Source of the DNA: Bdellovibrionales bacterium
Lineage (GTDB): Bacteria; Bdellovibrionota; Bdellovibrionia; Bdellovibrionales; JAGQZY01
NCBI GenBank assembly: GCA_031426555.1
Contig: JANPLN010000022.1
Location: forward strand, 1 to 25,594
DNA: 25,594 nt
Direction of reading: 5' to 3'
Below are positions 1-8,948 of this stretch, piece after piece (positions within the stretch are counted from its first letter, which is position 1; each line of letters begins with the position of its first letter). A program made the position numbers and the translations under genes. A model generated the notes under the pieces. The model searched no databases, was not told where the DNA came from, and saw nothing but the letters and a program-made list of their open reading frames with translations.

Positions 1-1
1 T

Positions 2-388
2 GGGTAAGTTGCGACGGATCATATGACAAAACCCACCCAAGCCAATGCTCGCAGTGTCTCCGTCGCCCGAGACGCCGATCATTTGCAGATCTGGATTTAC
101 CACTTTTGCCCCTGTAGCCACCGGAGCCATTCGACCGTGCAGGCTGTTAAAGCCATGGGACTTATTTAAAAAGTAAGCGGTGGTCTTCGACGAACAGCCA
201 ATTCCCGACATCTTGGCAACCTTGTAAGGATTGATCGACGATTGATAAAGGGCAGAGATTAAATTGTTAGTGATGCTGTCGTGACCACAGCCCGAGCAAA
301 GAGTTGATTTGGCCCCTGCATAGTCAGCGCGGGCCATGTTGAGTTTGTTTTTTCCAGTGCTGGGTGTTTCGGTTTTCGCGGTGTCCAT
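2..388 (-). CDS. korB: 2-oxoacid:ferredoxin oxidoreductase subunit beta (TPP-binding), N-terminal part; runs off the window edge
   Basis: Hand translation from ATG at 388: MDTAKTETPSTGKNKLNMARADYAGAKSTLCSGCGHDSI...KMSGIGCSSKTTAYF...FNSLHGRMAPVATGAK...GVSGDGDTASIG. Shows CxGCG, GIGCS and GDGD motifs; starts 1 nt after the alpha-subunit stop. Not in the ORF track. Confidence 0.93.
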   Translation of the reverse strand, partial: MDTAKTETPSTGKNKLNMARADYAGAKSTLCSGCGHDSITNNLISALYQSSINPYKVAKMSGIGCSSKTTAYFLNKSHGFNSLHGRMAPVATGAKVVNPDLQMIGVSGDGDTASIGLGGFCHMIRRNLP

Positions 389-389
389 A

Positions 390-2150
390 CTAAACAACTC
401 CTGCCATTAAATTTTCGGCGCGGGTGGGCCAGCCATCGTAGCTTAAGGACGATTTAATCTTTACGGCGTATTCGGGAAATTCCTGTAGCAATAATTTGCG
501 CATTTGCCCATCGCGGTTCTGCTCTATCACCACAATTTTGTCGTGGGTCTTTAAATAGTTTTCAACCGAAGCTGTAAACGGATAGGCCATGAGGCGCAAG
601 TAGCTAGCTTGTACACCTTTATGTAAAAGAAGATCGCGCAGCTCACGCACCGACGCGTCGGTGGAGCCGTAGGCAATTAAACCCAACGATGATGTTTGGA
701 CGTCGATCACAGGCTCCGGCACCAAGGTTTTTGCCGTTTGCCATTTTTTACTGAGGCGCTCGAGAAGTTTTTGAAACACGTCAGCGTTTTCGGTGTATTT
801 GGCAGACTCATCGTGGCCTGTGCCGCGAGTAAAATAACCCGCCAAATTGTGTTCGGTGCCAGGCAGAGTGCGATAGGGAATTCCATCGCCATCGATGTCT
901 TTGTAGCGGTTAAACTGTTGCGCCTTTTCCAAAGCTTCGGCCGAAAGAACTTTTCCGCGATCAAAAGGTTTTTGCGAGTAGGTAAAATCGTTGGAGATCC
1001 ATTGATTCATTCCTAAATCGAGATCCGACAAAACAAACACCAGAGTTTGCAAGCGCTCAGCTAAATCGAAAGCCGTCTGTGCCATGGAAAAACATTCTTC
1101 AGGAGTTGAAGGCAAAAGTAGGGGGTGTTGCGTATCGCCGTGGGAAAGTTGCGCGCAGGCGAGAATATCACCTTGCAGAGTGCGAGTTGGCAAACCCGTA
1201 GAAGGTCCGGCTCTCTGCACATTCCAAACTACTCCCGGAATTTCTGCAAAGTACATCAGACCTGCGGTCTCGGCCATTAAACTGATGCCGGGTCCCGAAG
1301 TGGCAGTCATGGCTCGCGCGCCGGCCCAGCCAGCTCCCGCCACCATGGTGATGGCACTCAGTTCGTCCTCTGCCTGGATCACCGAGTAGTTATTCTCGCC
1401 ATTTTTATTTTTGCGAAGTTTTTGACAATAGCTTTCAAAACTCTCCGCCAAAGAACTCGATGGCGTGATGGGATACCACGAAGCAAAGCTGCAACCCGCA
1501 AACACCGAGCCCAGGCCCGCGGCGGTATTGCCATCGATTAAAATTTTGCCCGTGTTGTGCTGGCGCGGTTCCAGCGTCCACGGGCTCGCCAGTCTGATAT
1601 GATTTTTATAGTACTCTCGTCCGACCGTGGCTGCGGCCACATTCAGATCCACCACGCTTTTTTTATTATTGAACTGATCGCCAATTGTTTTTTGCAAAAT
1701 ATCATCGGGGATACCTAACATCTCTGCAAGCACGCCCACATATACAATGTTGGTTAAAAGTTTTTTCAGTTTAATCGAATCTGTCACTTGGCTGGCTAAT
1801 TTTGTAAAATCAACGCTCAGGGAATTTACAGGAAGCGGTTTTGTAAAACGCAGTGAGGAGTTATGTATGAACAAACTCTCCGTGTCCAAATGGGCCATGT
1901 CGTCGTCACAGGTTTGCTGATTCACGGCCACGACGATATTCATTTTTGGCAGAATCGATGTGTAACCCTTTTCACTGGCGCGGATCACAAACCATGTTGG
2001 AAGGCCCGCGATATTTGACGGAAACAAATTTTTGCCCCCCACCGGAATTCCCATGCGAAAGATGGAGCGCAAAAGAATAAGGTTGGCAGACTGACTGCCG
2101 CTGCCGTTGGCTGTGCCGATAATAAGAGAGACATCGTTGATTTTGCCCAT
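390..2150 (-). CDS. korA: 2-oxoacid:acceptor (ferredoxin) oxidoreductase subunit alpha
   Basis: N-terminal gamma-like domain (NGSGSQS), YPITPSS, QAEDELSA, ATSGPG, QRAGPSTGLPT; directly upstream of the beta subunit. Substrate not determinable from sequence. Confidence 0.93.
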   Translation of the reverse strand: MGKINDVSLIIGTANGSGSQSANLILLRSIFRMGIPVGGKNLFPSNIAGLPTWFVIRASEKGYTSILPKMNIVVAVNQQTCDDDMAHLDTESLFIHNSSLRFTKPLPVNSLSVDFTKLASQVTDSIKLKKLLTNIVYVGVLAEMLGIPDDILQKTIGDQFNNKKSVVDLNVAAATVGREYYKNHIRLASPWTLEPRQHNTGKILIDGNTAAGLGSVFAGCSFASWYPITPSSSLAESFESYCQKLRKNKNGENNYSVIQAEDELSAITMVAGAGWAGARAMTATSGPGISLMAETAGLMYFAEIPGVVWNVQRAGPSTGLPTRTLQGDILACAQLSHGDTQHPLLLPSTPEECFSMAQTAFDLAERLQTLVFVLSDLDLGMNQWISNDFTYSQKPFDRGKVLSAEALEKAQQFNRYKDIDGDGIPYRTLPGTEHNLAGYFTRGTGHDESAKYTENADVFQKLLERLSKKWQTAKTLVPEPVIDVQTSSLGLIAYGSTDASVRELRDLLLHKGVQASYLRLMAYPFTASVENYLKTHDKIVVIEQNRDGQMRKLLLQEFPEYAVKIKSSLSYDGWPTRAENLMAGVV

Positions 2151-2268
2151 GGGGTAACAATATAGGATATTGCAGAGGGTTAATAAAGCAAATCGGCCAC
2201 TTAACGCATGGAATAGGGTGCTTGAAGAGTTGTTAGTTCAGCCAACACAGGCAGTGCGTCATGCGGTC

Positions 2269-3003
2269 TTAAATGGGAAGATCGGCAACTTTGGCTTCGG
2301 GATGCACTGACTTCACCCATTCGACATAATTGTTATAAAGCACGTCGGCCGCAGCAGGGGGATGTACGGGGCCCACGTGAATCGTCAGCTTTCCCGGCAT
2401 AGGGATAAGTCGCCCCTTGGGCCAAAGATCACTATTCCCGTGGATGTACAAAAATAAAATGGGCGTCTTGGTTCGCTCGGCAAACAGGCTTACACCCTTG
2501 CGAAACGATTGAATGCGTCCGTCAGGGGAGCGCGTGCCTTCGGGAAACAAGATCATCCAGATTTTATCCAGTTGCGTAAGCAGAGTGAGGCACAGATTCA
2601 CCGCTTCGCCTTTTTTATCTTTGCGATCGATGGGGATGGCTCCAAGGCAGTGTTTTGAAAAAAATGTAAACACCGGATTGGAAAAAAAGTAGTCCTTAGC
2701 TGCCGTAATGTAGAGATGTTGCCACAGCGAAAAGGGAACGGCCGCTGCGATGGACGTGGCATCCAGGTGGCTTGCGTGGTTTGAAATCAACAAAAGTCGT
2801 GGATGTTCTTTAAATATTTTTTTAAAGTCGCCGATCACTTTGATGCGAATGTAAATGCGAAAGCCGATTTGCTTAAGATAAAGCGCCCAGAGCAGTCGAA
2901 ACAGGTAACTTGTGGCATCTCGGTGTTTGGTGAAAAGTGGCAAATGCTTTAAATGGGTGGGCAGTTTGGTCCACTGATCGTTTTCGTAATCCCAGTTGTT
3001 CAT
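2269..3003 (-). CDS. Lysophospholipid acyltransferase (PlsC family)
   Basis: NHASHLD (NHxSxxD), AAKDYFF, IPIDR and FPEGTRS blocks; ATGA overlap with the upstream gene. Confidence 0.9.
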   Translation of the reverse strand: MNNWDYENDQWTKLPTHLKHLPLFTKHRDATSYLFRLLWALYLKQIGFRIYIRIKVIGDFKKIFKEHPRLLLISNHASHLDATSIAAAVPFSLWQHLYITAAKDYFFSNPVFTFFSKHCLGAIPIDRKDKKGEAVNLCLTLLTQLDKIWMILFPEGTRSPDGRIQSFRKGVSLFAERTKTPILFLYIHGNSDLWPKGRLIPMPGKLTIHVGPVHPPAAADVLYNNYVEWVKSVHPEAKVADLPI

Positions 3004-3911
3004 AGCGAGCCTTGCAAATAACTAATCACGTAATAACTTGCTGGGGCCACAAACACGAGGCGCTCGATGCGGGTGAAAAAGTCTCCCCGGCCAATGACGA
3101 ACGAGCTGTAAACTTTGATTCCTAAATCTCTGCGGATAACGACCAAAATGGTATCGCCGGTGCTGCCAAAGACAAAACAAGCTGTGGCGATCATCCACCA
3201 GTTCGCTTGCAAGTCCAAAGACAGAAGAGTGCGCGCTGAATAACCCAGGCCCAGAGTCACAATGGCCGCAACAACATAGCCCTCAAGGCTGCGCTTCGGG
3301 GTGAGGGCCGAAACAATTTTTATTCTTTTAAAATGGCGACTGATCCGCAAATAAACGTTTTCGAAGGTTTCTGTTAAAAGGATGATGTAGATGGCGATAT
3401 AGATTCCATCCACCAAGGCCATGATGCGTCCGAGATGCATAAAAAACCACAACAGCAAAAAATTGACCAGCGTGAGCGCAATGTACTGCACCATCTGTTT
3501 GTAGCTATTGCGAATCATTGGGATCAGACAAATCGCAAAGAAAAATAACGGCGGCATCATATCGAACAGATTGTCCATACCGTAGTAAATAAACACACTG
3601 CTAAGTATCAGTGCCAAGTAGCAAGCGATCACAAAATGACTGCGATGGTACAAACCGGTCATTTGGAAAAATATTTTAGCCCCGTAAATAGAAATAATAG
3701 TTACGAGAACCAAGGGAAAAGGCCAGCGCATTCCCAAAAGGACAAAAAGTAAAGGTGTGACTAAAAGCCAGCTCACAAGAGTTGAAAAGGAACTGCGAAA
3801 ATGATCTTGGCGTTTTTGTAAAAAATAATAAATCACCGTTAGCGAAAAAATAATACCAACGGTAAACGTAACGACCGCTAAAAATAAAGGTTCAGACCAT
3901 AATTGAAACAC
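3000..3911 (-). CDS. Phosphatidate cytidylyltransferase-like (CdsA/CTP_transf_1) membrane protein with degenerate motifs
   Basis: Polytopic hydrophobic protein; SALTPKRSLEG resembles SPKKTWEG; GDTILVVIRRDLGIK...IGRGDFFTRIERL resembles GDLxESxxKRxxGxKD...PGHGGxLDRxDS. GTG start with AAGGA SD. Confidence 0.75.
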   Translation of the reverse strand: MFQLWSEPLFLAVVTFTVGIIFSLTVIYYFLQKRQDHFRSSFSTLVSWLLVTPLLFVLLGMRWPFPLVLVTIISIYGAKIFFQMTGLYHRSHFVIACYLALILSSVFIYYGMDNLFDMMPPLFFFAICLIPMIRNSYKQMVQYIALTLVNFLLLWFFMHLGRIMALVDGIYIAIYIILLTETFENVYLRISRHFKRIKIVSALTPKRSLEGYVVAAIVTLGLGYSARTLLSLDLQANWWMIATACFVFGSTGDTILVVIRRDLGIKVYSSFVIGRGDFFTRIERLVFVAPASYYVISYLQGSL

Positions 3912-3927
3912 TGAATTCCTTTTTGCC

Positions 3928-5241
3928 TTAAAGTGTTAGACCAAAATCTTTAAGTTTTTTATAAAAACTAGAGCGTGAGATTTTAAGAGTTTTGGCAAGC
4001 GCGTCAACATCTTTCTCCTGAGCGATGGCAGCTTCTAAAACTTTCTTTTCAAAGTCATTCACAAGATCAGGCAGGCCGCGTTGTAAATCCAATCTTACGT
4101 CTTGGGTGCTGATGCTGGATGGCGACAAAATTCGCGCCAAATCTTCGGCGCGAATGAGGGGCAGCGGCGATTGCAGGCTGGCCTGCTCGCAAACCCTTTT
4201 CAGCTCCCGAACATTGCCGGGCCAAGTATGTTTTTTAAGGGCCTCGATGGCGTCCTCTGATAGAGTTTTGTTTTTATAGGGTTTCGCCCGTTTGATAAAA
4301 AACTGGCAAAGAGCCGGGAGATCTTCCATTCGCTCACGGAGTGGGGGAATGGAGATTTTGTGCCCAGACAGTCGCCACAAAAGGTCCTCGCGAAAGCGAC
4401 CCTCACTCACCATTTTTTGTAAATTCTCGTTGGTCGCGGCAATCACTCGCGTGTTGATGTGAAAGCTTTCATTGGCGCCGACTCGTCGAATCTCGCCACT
4501 CTCTAAAAAGCGCAAAAGTTTTGCCTGCTGCGAGAGGGGAAGGGCCTCAATTTCATCTAAAAAAAGATCGCCGCCCCCGGCGCTTTCCGCAAGACCAATT
4601 TTATTTTGCAAAGCGCCGGTGAAGGCCCCTTTGTTGTAACCAAAAAATTCCGATTCAAAAAGGTTTTCAGGGATGGCAGCCACATTCACTGTCACAAACG
4701 GGCGAGATTCCTCCTGCTGGTGCAGCATATGAGCGACCACTTCCTTCCCCGCGCCCGATTCTGCTTCGATTAAAACCGGTGTGTTTTCGCCTTTGAGCTG
4801 CGCCACTTGCCGGCGGAGATTCTCGGAAACCGTGGAGGTTCCAACCCACTGGAAGTTGTGCTCATGGGCCTGCAGCCGCAGTGCAAACAGGGCTTCCAGT
4901 TTGTTCAAAGTAATGATCACCTCGTCGGGAGTCAGCGGTTTTGGTAAAAAGCGGGTAGCTCCTGCTTTGAGTGTTTTTTCCATGAGCAACCGATCTAAAT
5001 CGCCCGAAATTGCGACAATTTCTGTGTGCGGATCGTTTTGACTGAGGGTTTTAATAACTTCAAGGCCCTCGTGCTTATTAAACTGGCCACTTAAATGCAG
5101 ATCCACAAAAGCGGCGTGGATGGTTTCTTTGGGAAGCGAAAATTGTGTTCGCCCAATAAAGGTCCAGGGCTCGTTAACCACAGAGCGAAGAGCTTCAAGA
5201 ATCATTGTATCGTCGTCGATAACTAGCAGGTTGAGTTTCAT
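3928..5241 (-). CDS. Sigma54-dependent response regulator (NtrC family: REC-AAA+-HTH)
   Basis: Likely start [11 protein letters not shown] (ATG 5241; the ORF-track extension overlaps serA). Walker [45 protein letters not shown]-terminal Fis-type HTH ([13 protein letters not shown]). Confidence 0.93.
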   Translation of the reverse strand: MKLNLLVIDDDTMILEALRSVVNEPWTFIGRTQFSLPKETIHAAFVDLHLSGQFNKHEGLEVIKTLSQNDPHTEIVAISGDLDRLLMEKTLKAGATRFLPKPLTPDEVIITLNKLEALFALRLQAHEHNFQWVGTSTVSENLRRQVAQLKGENTPVLIEAESGAGKEVVAHMLHQQEESRPFVTVNVAAIPENLFESEFFGYNKGAFTGALQNKIGLAESAGGGDLFLDEIEALPLSQQAKLLRFLESGEIRRVGANESFHINTRVIAATNENLQKMVSEGRFREDLLWRLSGHKISIPPLRERMEDLPALCQFFIKRAKPYKNKTLSEDAIEALKKHTWPGNVRELKRVCEQASLQSPLPLIRAEDLARILSPSSISTQDVRLDLQRGLPDLVNDFEKKVLEAAIAQEKDVDALAKTLKISRSSFYKKLKDFGLTL

Positions 5242-5248
5242 ACCCAAA

Positions 5249-5277
5249 ATGGTCTCATCAGCTTGTTGCTTAGGCAA
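5249..5277 (-). promoter_or_regulatory. Putative sigma70 promoter, probably leaderless, for the NtrC-like gene
   Basis: TTGCCT-17 nt-GACCAT with TG extension, 7 nt before ATG 5241; no SD. Confidence 0.5.
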
Positions 5278-5316
5278 ATCAAAATTATTTGCTTTTGATG
5301 GAGAAGCGAAAAATAG

Positions 5317-5346
5317 TTGCTCGCTTGTGCCGCTGGGAAATATACT
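5317..5346 (+). promoter_or_regulatory. Putative sigma70 promoter, probably leaderless, for serA
   Basis: TTGCTC-18 nt-TATACT, 7 nt before ATG 5354; no SD. Confidence 0.6.
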
Positions 5347-5353
5347 TTCCGCT

Positions 5354-6556
5354 ATGCAAAAAGTTCTTCTCCTCGAAAACATCCATTCCTCCGCAAAAAC
5401 CATGTTCGAAGCGGCAGGCTTCGAAGTGCATTCCGAAACAACCTCGTTTGCGGAAACTGAACTTTTGCAAAAACTTCCGCTTTACGATGTCATCGGCATT
5501 CGTTCAAAAACAAATTTAACCGCCAAAATTTTGCAGCACGCAACGCAGCTGCAAGCCATTGGTTGCTTTTGCATCGGCACCAATCAAGTGGATCTGGAAG
5601 TTTCGGCCATGCATGGAATCCCAGTTTTTAATGCGCCCCACAGCAACACTCGAAGCGTGGCCGAAATGGTCATCGCCGAAATTATTTCTTTGTCGCGCAA
5701 TCTGTGTGAACTCAGTCATCAAGTGCATACCGGCGTTTGGAATAAATCGGCCAAAGGATCGCGCGAGGTGCGCGGTAAAACTTTGGGCATTATCGGTTAT
5801 GGGCACATCGGCAGCCAGGTGAGTGTCCTTGCAGAAGCCATGGGTTTGGATGTTTGTTTTTACGATGTCACAAAAAAACTTCCTTTGGGCAACGCTAAAA
5901 TTATGCCGACCCTGGAAAGTTTGCTTGAGCGTTCGGACTTTATCACTTTGCATGTTCCCGAAACTCCCGAAACCAAAAACATGATCAGCGCTATAGAACT
6001 GACCAAAATGAAAAAAGGTGTGCATCTGATCAATGCGAGTCGCGGAACCGTGGTGGTCATTGAAGATCTCGCACAGGCGTTAAAAGCAAAACATGTGGCG
6101 GGTGCGGCGGTGGATGTGTTTCCGTCTGAACCTAAAGATAACAACGAAAAGTTTTTAAGCCCGTTGCAAGGAATGTCCAATGTGATCCTAACTCCGCATG
6201 TGGGCGGCAGCACCGAAGAAGCGCAAGCCGCCATCGGCGCCGAGGTGGCCTACAGTTTGCTGTCGTTTATGCAACAGGGAAAAACTTACGGGGCCGTACA
6301 GTTTCCAACCATGGATGTTCCGCAGTTGCGCCAAGGTGTTTCGCGATTAACCAACGCCCATCGCAACGTTCCCGGCGTGCTCGGCGAAATCAACAGCATC
6401 GTCTCGCAATTTGGCGTGAACATTCAGGCGCAATATTTAGCCACAAACAGCCAAGTGGGCTATCTGGTGATGGACCTCGAAGACACAACCAAATCAGGCA
6501 ACGTCGCCGACAAAATCGGCTCCCTAAAAACCAGCCTTAAAACCCGCCTCATCTAA
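5354..6556 (+). CDS. serA: D-3-phosphoglycerate dehydrogenase (E. coli-type, C-terminal ACT domain)
   Basis: Start MQKVLLLENIH; GIRSKT, GCFCIGTNQVDL, NAPHSNTRSVAE, GYGHIG, INASRG, LTPHVGGSTEEAQ, ACT domain HRNVPGVL. Confidence 0.95.
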   Translation: MQKVLLLENIHSSAKTMFEAAGFEVHSETTSFAETELLQKLPLYDVIGIRSKTNLTAKILQHATQLQAIGCFCIGTNQVDLEVSAMHGIPVFNAPHSNTRSVAEMVIAEIISLSRNLCELSHQVHTGVWNKSAKGSREVRGKTLGIIGYGHIGSQVSVLAEAMGLDVCFYDVTKKLPLGNAKIMPTLESLLERSDFITLHVPETPETKNMISAIELTKMKKGVHLINASRGTVVVIEDLAQALKAKHVAGAAVDVFPSEPKDNNEKFLSPLQGMSNVILTPHVGGSTEEAQAAIGAEVAYSLLSFMQQGKTYGAVQFPTMDVPQLRQGVSRLTNAHRNVPGVLGEINSIVSQFGVNIQAQYLATNSQVGYLVMDLEDTTKSGNVADKIGSLKTSLKTRLI

Positions 6557-6594
6557 AAAAACGCCGACCGGACCAACCTCGCCCGGCTCCCCCG

Positions 6595-6651
6595 AAAAGG
6601 TACGCCGTTCCGTTTTTGGTACGCCGTACCTTTTGGTTGAGAGTTGCGTCA
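6595..6651. repeat. 57-bp palindromic REP-like element, copy 1
   Basis: AAAAGGTACGCCGTTCCGtttttGGTACGCCGTACCTTTTGGTTGAGAgtTGCGTCA. 52/57 identical to 14815-14871; outer inverted repeat AAAAGGTACG/CGTACCTTTT; inner palindrome GGTACG-C-CGTACC. Confidence 0.85.
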
Positions 6652-6660
6652 AAAAATATT

Positions 6661-6686
6661 TGCAACTTTTTTCCAATAACCACCAA
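6661..6686 (+). promoter_or_regulatory. Possible ECF-type autoregulatory promoter
   Basis: TGCAAC followed by a T-tract (typical ECF -35) and CACCAA 8 nt before the SD-less ATG of the ECF gene. Confidence 0.35.
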
Positions 6687-6694
6687 GTAGGGTT

Positions 6695-7192
6695 ATGACA
6701 GCAAGTGTGAATTGGGATGAGATCGTCAAAAGTCTAGGGCCGAGGTTGTACCGCTATTTTGCGGCGAGTCTTTCCGATTCGGTGGCCGATGATCTCACTC
6801 AAGATACGCTCCTGCGCACTGTGCGTAAATATCAGGATGGGCAAATTGATTTAAGCCGTGGAACCATTGATATGTTTGCCTTTGGCGTTGCGAAAAATGT
6901 TCGCTTTGAACACTTTAAACAACTGCGGGCCTGGGATTCTTTTGAAGAGTCCCCAGAAATGGAAAATCCATCGCCTTCTGCCTTTGATCAATTGAGCGAG
7001 CACGAACAAACCCACAGACTTAAGCGCTCCATCCAGCGACTTTCAACCATGCAGCAAGAAGTGTTGATGCTGACAATAGATCAAGAGTTAACCATGGCCC
7101 AGATTGCGCAAATTTTAAATCTTCCCGAAGGAACGGTGAAAAGTCATCACCATCGGGCGCGGCATGAACTGCAGCGAATGCTTGAGAATTAA
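6695..7192 (+). CDS. ECF RNA polymerase sigma factor
   Basis: Region 2 ADDLTQDTLLR...FAFGVAKN; region 4 LTMAQIAQILNLPEGTVKSHHHRARHEL; 165 aa. Confidence 0.92.
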   Translation: MTASVNWDEIVKSLGPRLYRYFAASLSDSVADDLTQDTLLRTVRKYQDGQIDLSRGTIDMFAFGVAKNVRFEHFKQLRAWDSFEESPEMENPSPSAFDQLSEHEQTHRLKRSIQRLSTMQQEVLMLTIDQELTMAQIAQILNLPEGTVKSHHHRARHELQRMLEN

Positions 7193-7201
7193 GGAGTCCC
7201 T

Positions 7202-7477
7202 ATGAATGATTTTAAAAAAGATCCTTTAGATCTATTGCGAAAAAAACAACCCACCGATTTACAAATGCATCGATGGAAAGTGGCTGTAAAAATGCAGTTT
7301 CCTGCTTCTGGCAGTTTTCCTGTGGGCCACTTTCTCCAGCTGACCGCTGCCGCCGGAGTTGGTTTGGTTGTGGGCGCTTTAATATTTGGTCAGGGCTTAA
7401 AGGCACAACCGCAAGAAATTATTCAAAATGCGTACGACGATGCAACTATGGAAGTGGTTTACACCAAGTTAGATTAA
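7202..7477 (+). CDS. Small single-TM protein, putative anti-sigma factor
   Basis: AAGGAG SD; directly after the ECF gene; one hydrophobic helix (LTAAAGVGLVVGALIFG). Confidence 0.65.
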   Translation: MNDFKKDPLDLLRKKQPTDLQMHRWKVAVKMQFPASGSFPVGHFLQLTAAAGVGLVVGALIFGQGLKAQPQEIIQNAYDDATMEVVYTKLD

Positions 7478-7488
7478 AAGGAGTATTT

Positions 7489-8409
7489 ATGAAAATATTA
7501 GGATGTGTTTTGATTTTTTTGCAAACAGGTTTTGTCTTGGCTCAGTCGGTGTCTACCGATTTTGGCCGCCATACAGGAGATAGTATTAAAAAACTTTCTC
7601 CGCAAGATTTGCGCGAACGTCTTGAGGTTTTAGGCAACGTCTATGTTACGAGTCCTGACGGCAAGGTTTTGTTTTATGAGGAAGCAGAATATCGCAGCTG
7701 GAAGTTCGGTCGCAAAGGGGACCTCATAAGTCACTGGAGCTATTCATCAGATAGGATGGATCCCTTTGGTCTTAGACATCATTGGAGCGTGGACGAAAAA
7801 GGCGCTTTGCAAGTGCATCTGCAACAGTACGAAAAGATGGAGCACAACCCGAAGGAGCCGCAAAGCCCTAGGCTCGTGAAACTTTTGCGAGAGGAAAAAG
7901 TAACTATTACGGATTTTGCACCGGTGACTTGGGATGTGGTTAAAACCGACAAGTACAGAGTGGTGGTGCGATTGACGCCCGTATTGAATAAAAAAGATGA
8001 GCCGCGCAGTGTGGGATCGGTTCCTGTCAGTGCCGAAGATATGATGATCGCCGATAACAAAGGAATGGTGTGGGTGAACAGTGCGACTTTTTCGGGAGAA
8101 TACGTTGGTATCAAAAGTCATCGCGGCTCGGTGTACTTAAGTTATCTTCCCTTCAAAGGGGCGCAAGAAATCGGTTTTGCTCAGAGCAATAAAATACAAA
8201 TCAAACTTGCGGACTCTCACAATTTAACCATGTTAAGTGCGGCGCCGATGCTTCCGGCCGGAGTCAAAGCCAAGGTGTATGGCCTTATAAAATTGAATAA
8301 CAAATCGTCTTCCATGGGAAGTGTGCATATTCAATCCAGCGATAAAGAAAAAGAAGTTTTAGAAGGTATTTACCTCTCGAACAAGTATTGCGCCAGTTCA
8401 TTAAACTGA
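7489..8409 (+). CDS. Hypothetical secreted/periplasmic beta-rich protein
   Basis: AAGGAG SD and ATG at 7489; signal peptide MKILGCVLIFLQTGFVLA-Q; 306 aa; 3' end overlaps the convergent HAD gene by 40 nt. Confidence 0.75.
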   Translation: MKILGCVLIFLQTGFVLAQSVSTDFGRHTGDSIKKLSPQDLRERLEVLGNVYVTSPDGKVLFYEEAEYRSWKFGRKGDLISHWSYSSDRMDPFGLRHHWSVDEKGALQVHLQQYEKMEHNPKEPQSPRLVKLLREEKVTITDFAPVTWDVVKTDKYRVVVRLTPVLNKKDEPRSVGSVPVSAEDMMIADNKGMVWVNSATFSGEYVGIKSHRGSVYLSYLPFKGAQEIGFAQSNKIQIKLADSHNLTMLSAAPMLPAGVKAKVYGLIKLNNKSSSMGSVHIQSSDKEKEVLEGIYLSNKYCASSLN

Positions 8410-8948
8410 GTGAACTGGCGGTAAGCATCCGCAGTGTTAAAATCGGGTGGTTCAGGGGAAAAAAGAGCTGTTTTGATATTTGCATTTTTTCCAGCAATTA
8501 AGTCGTATTTGTAGTCTCCAACATAGAGTGCCTTTTCCTGGCTCGTTGAAAAGTGTTCACAGATTTTATGTAAACCTTCTGGATCAGGTTTTGGTTTTGC
8601 ATCGTCGCGAGTCACCACAACGGAGATATTGAATTGGTGAAGCTGCAAAGTTTTGAGCGCAATGGCACGTGAATTCAGAGTGAAAACGCCGATGTTTATT
8701 TTTCTCTGGTTCAGCTCCTCAACAAGCGCGAAAGCACCTGGAATCGGTCTGGAAAGTCTTGCTCCCTCGTCTTCATAAAAATGCACAATATCCATGGCCG
8801 ATTTACGATCTTCTGCCTGCAAGCTATTTACATATTCGACAATTGAGTTGCCTGGATTTAAGTTGAGAGCTTGGTAGATGGCAGGGAAGTTAATTTTCGA
8901 ATCGACTAAAGTTCCATCCATATCAAAAATAATAGTATCGTATTTCAT
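8370..8948 (-). CDS. HAD-superfamily phosphatase (phosphoglycolate phosphatase-like)
   Basis: FDMDGTLVDS, KPKPDPEG, YVGDYKYDLIAGKNA; ATGA overlap with the HDAC gene. Confidence 0.92.
   Translation of the reverse strand: MKYDTIIFDMDGTLVDSKINFPAIYQALNLNPGNSIVEYVNSLQAEDRKSAMDIVHFYEDEGARLSRPIPGAFALVEELNQRKINIGVFTLNSRAIALKTLQLHQFNISVVVTRDDAKPKPDPEGLHKICEHFSTSQEKALYVGDYKYDLIAGKNANIKTALFSPEPPDFNTADAYRQFTQFNELAQYLFER

Noticed and set aside
5120..5403. Long head-to-head overlap of serA and the NtrC-like ORF in the ORF track
   Set aside because: Homology starts at 5354 and 5241 respectively; the 112-bp gap holds divergent promoter candidates.
7273..7488. N-terminal extension of the 378-aa ORF
   Set aside because: It overlaps the anti-sigma gene; SD and signal peptide place the start at 7489.
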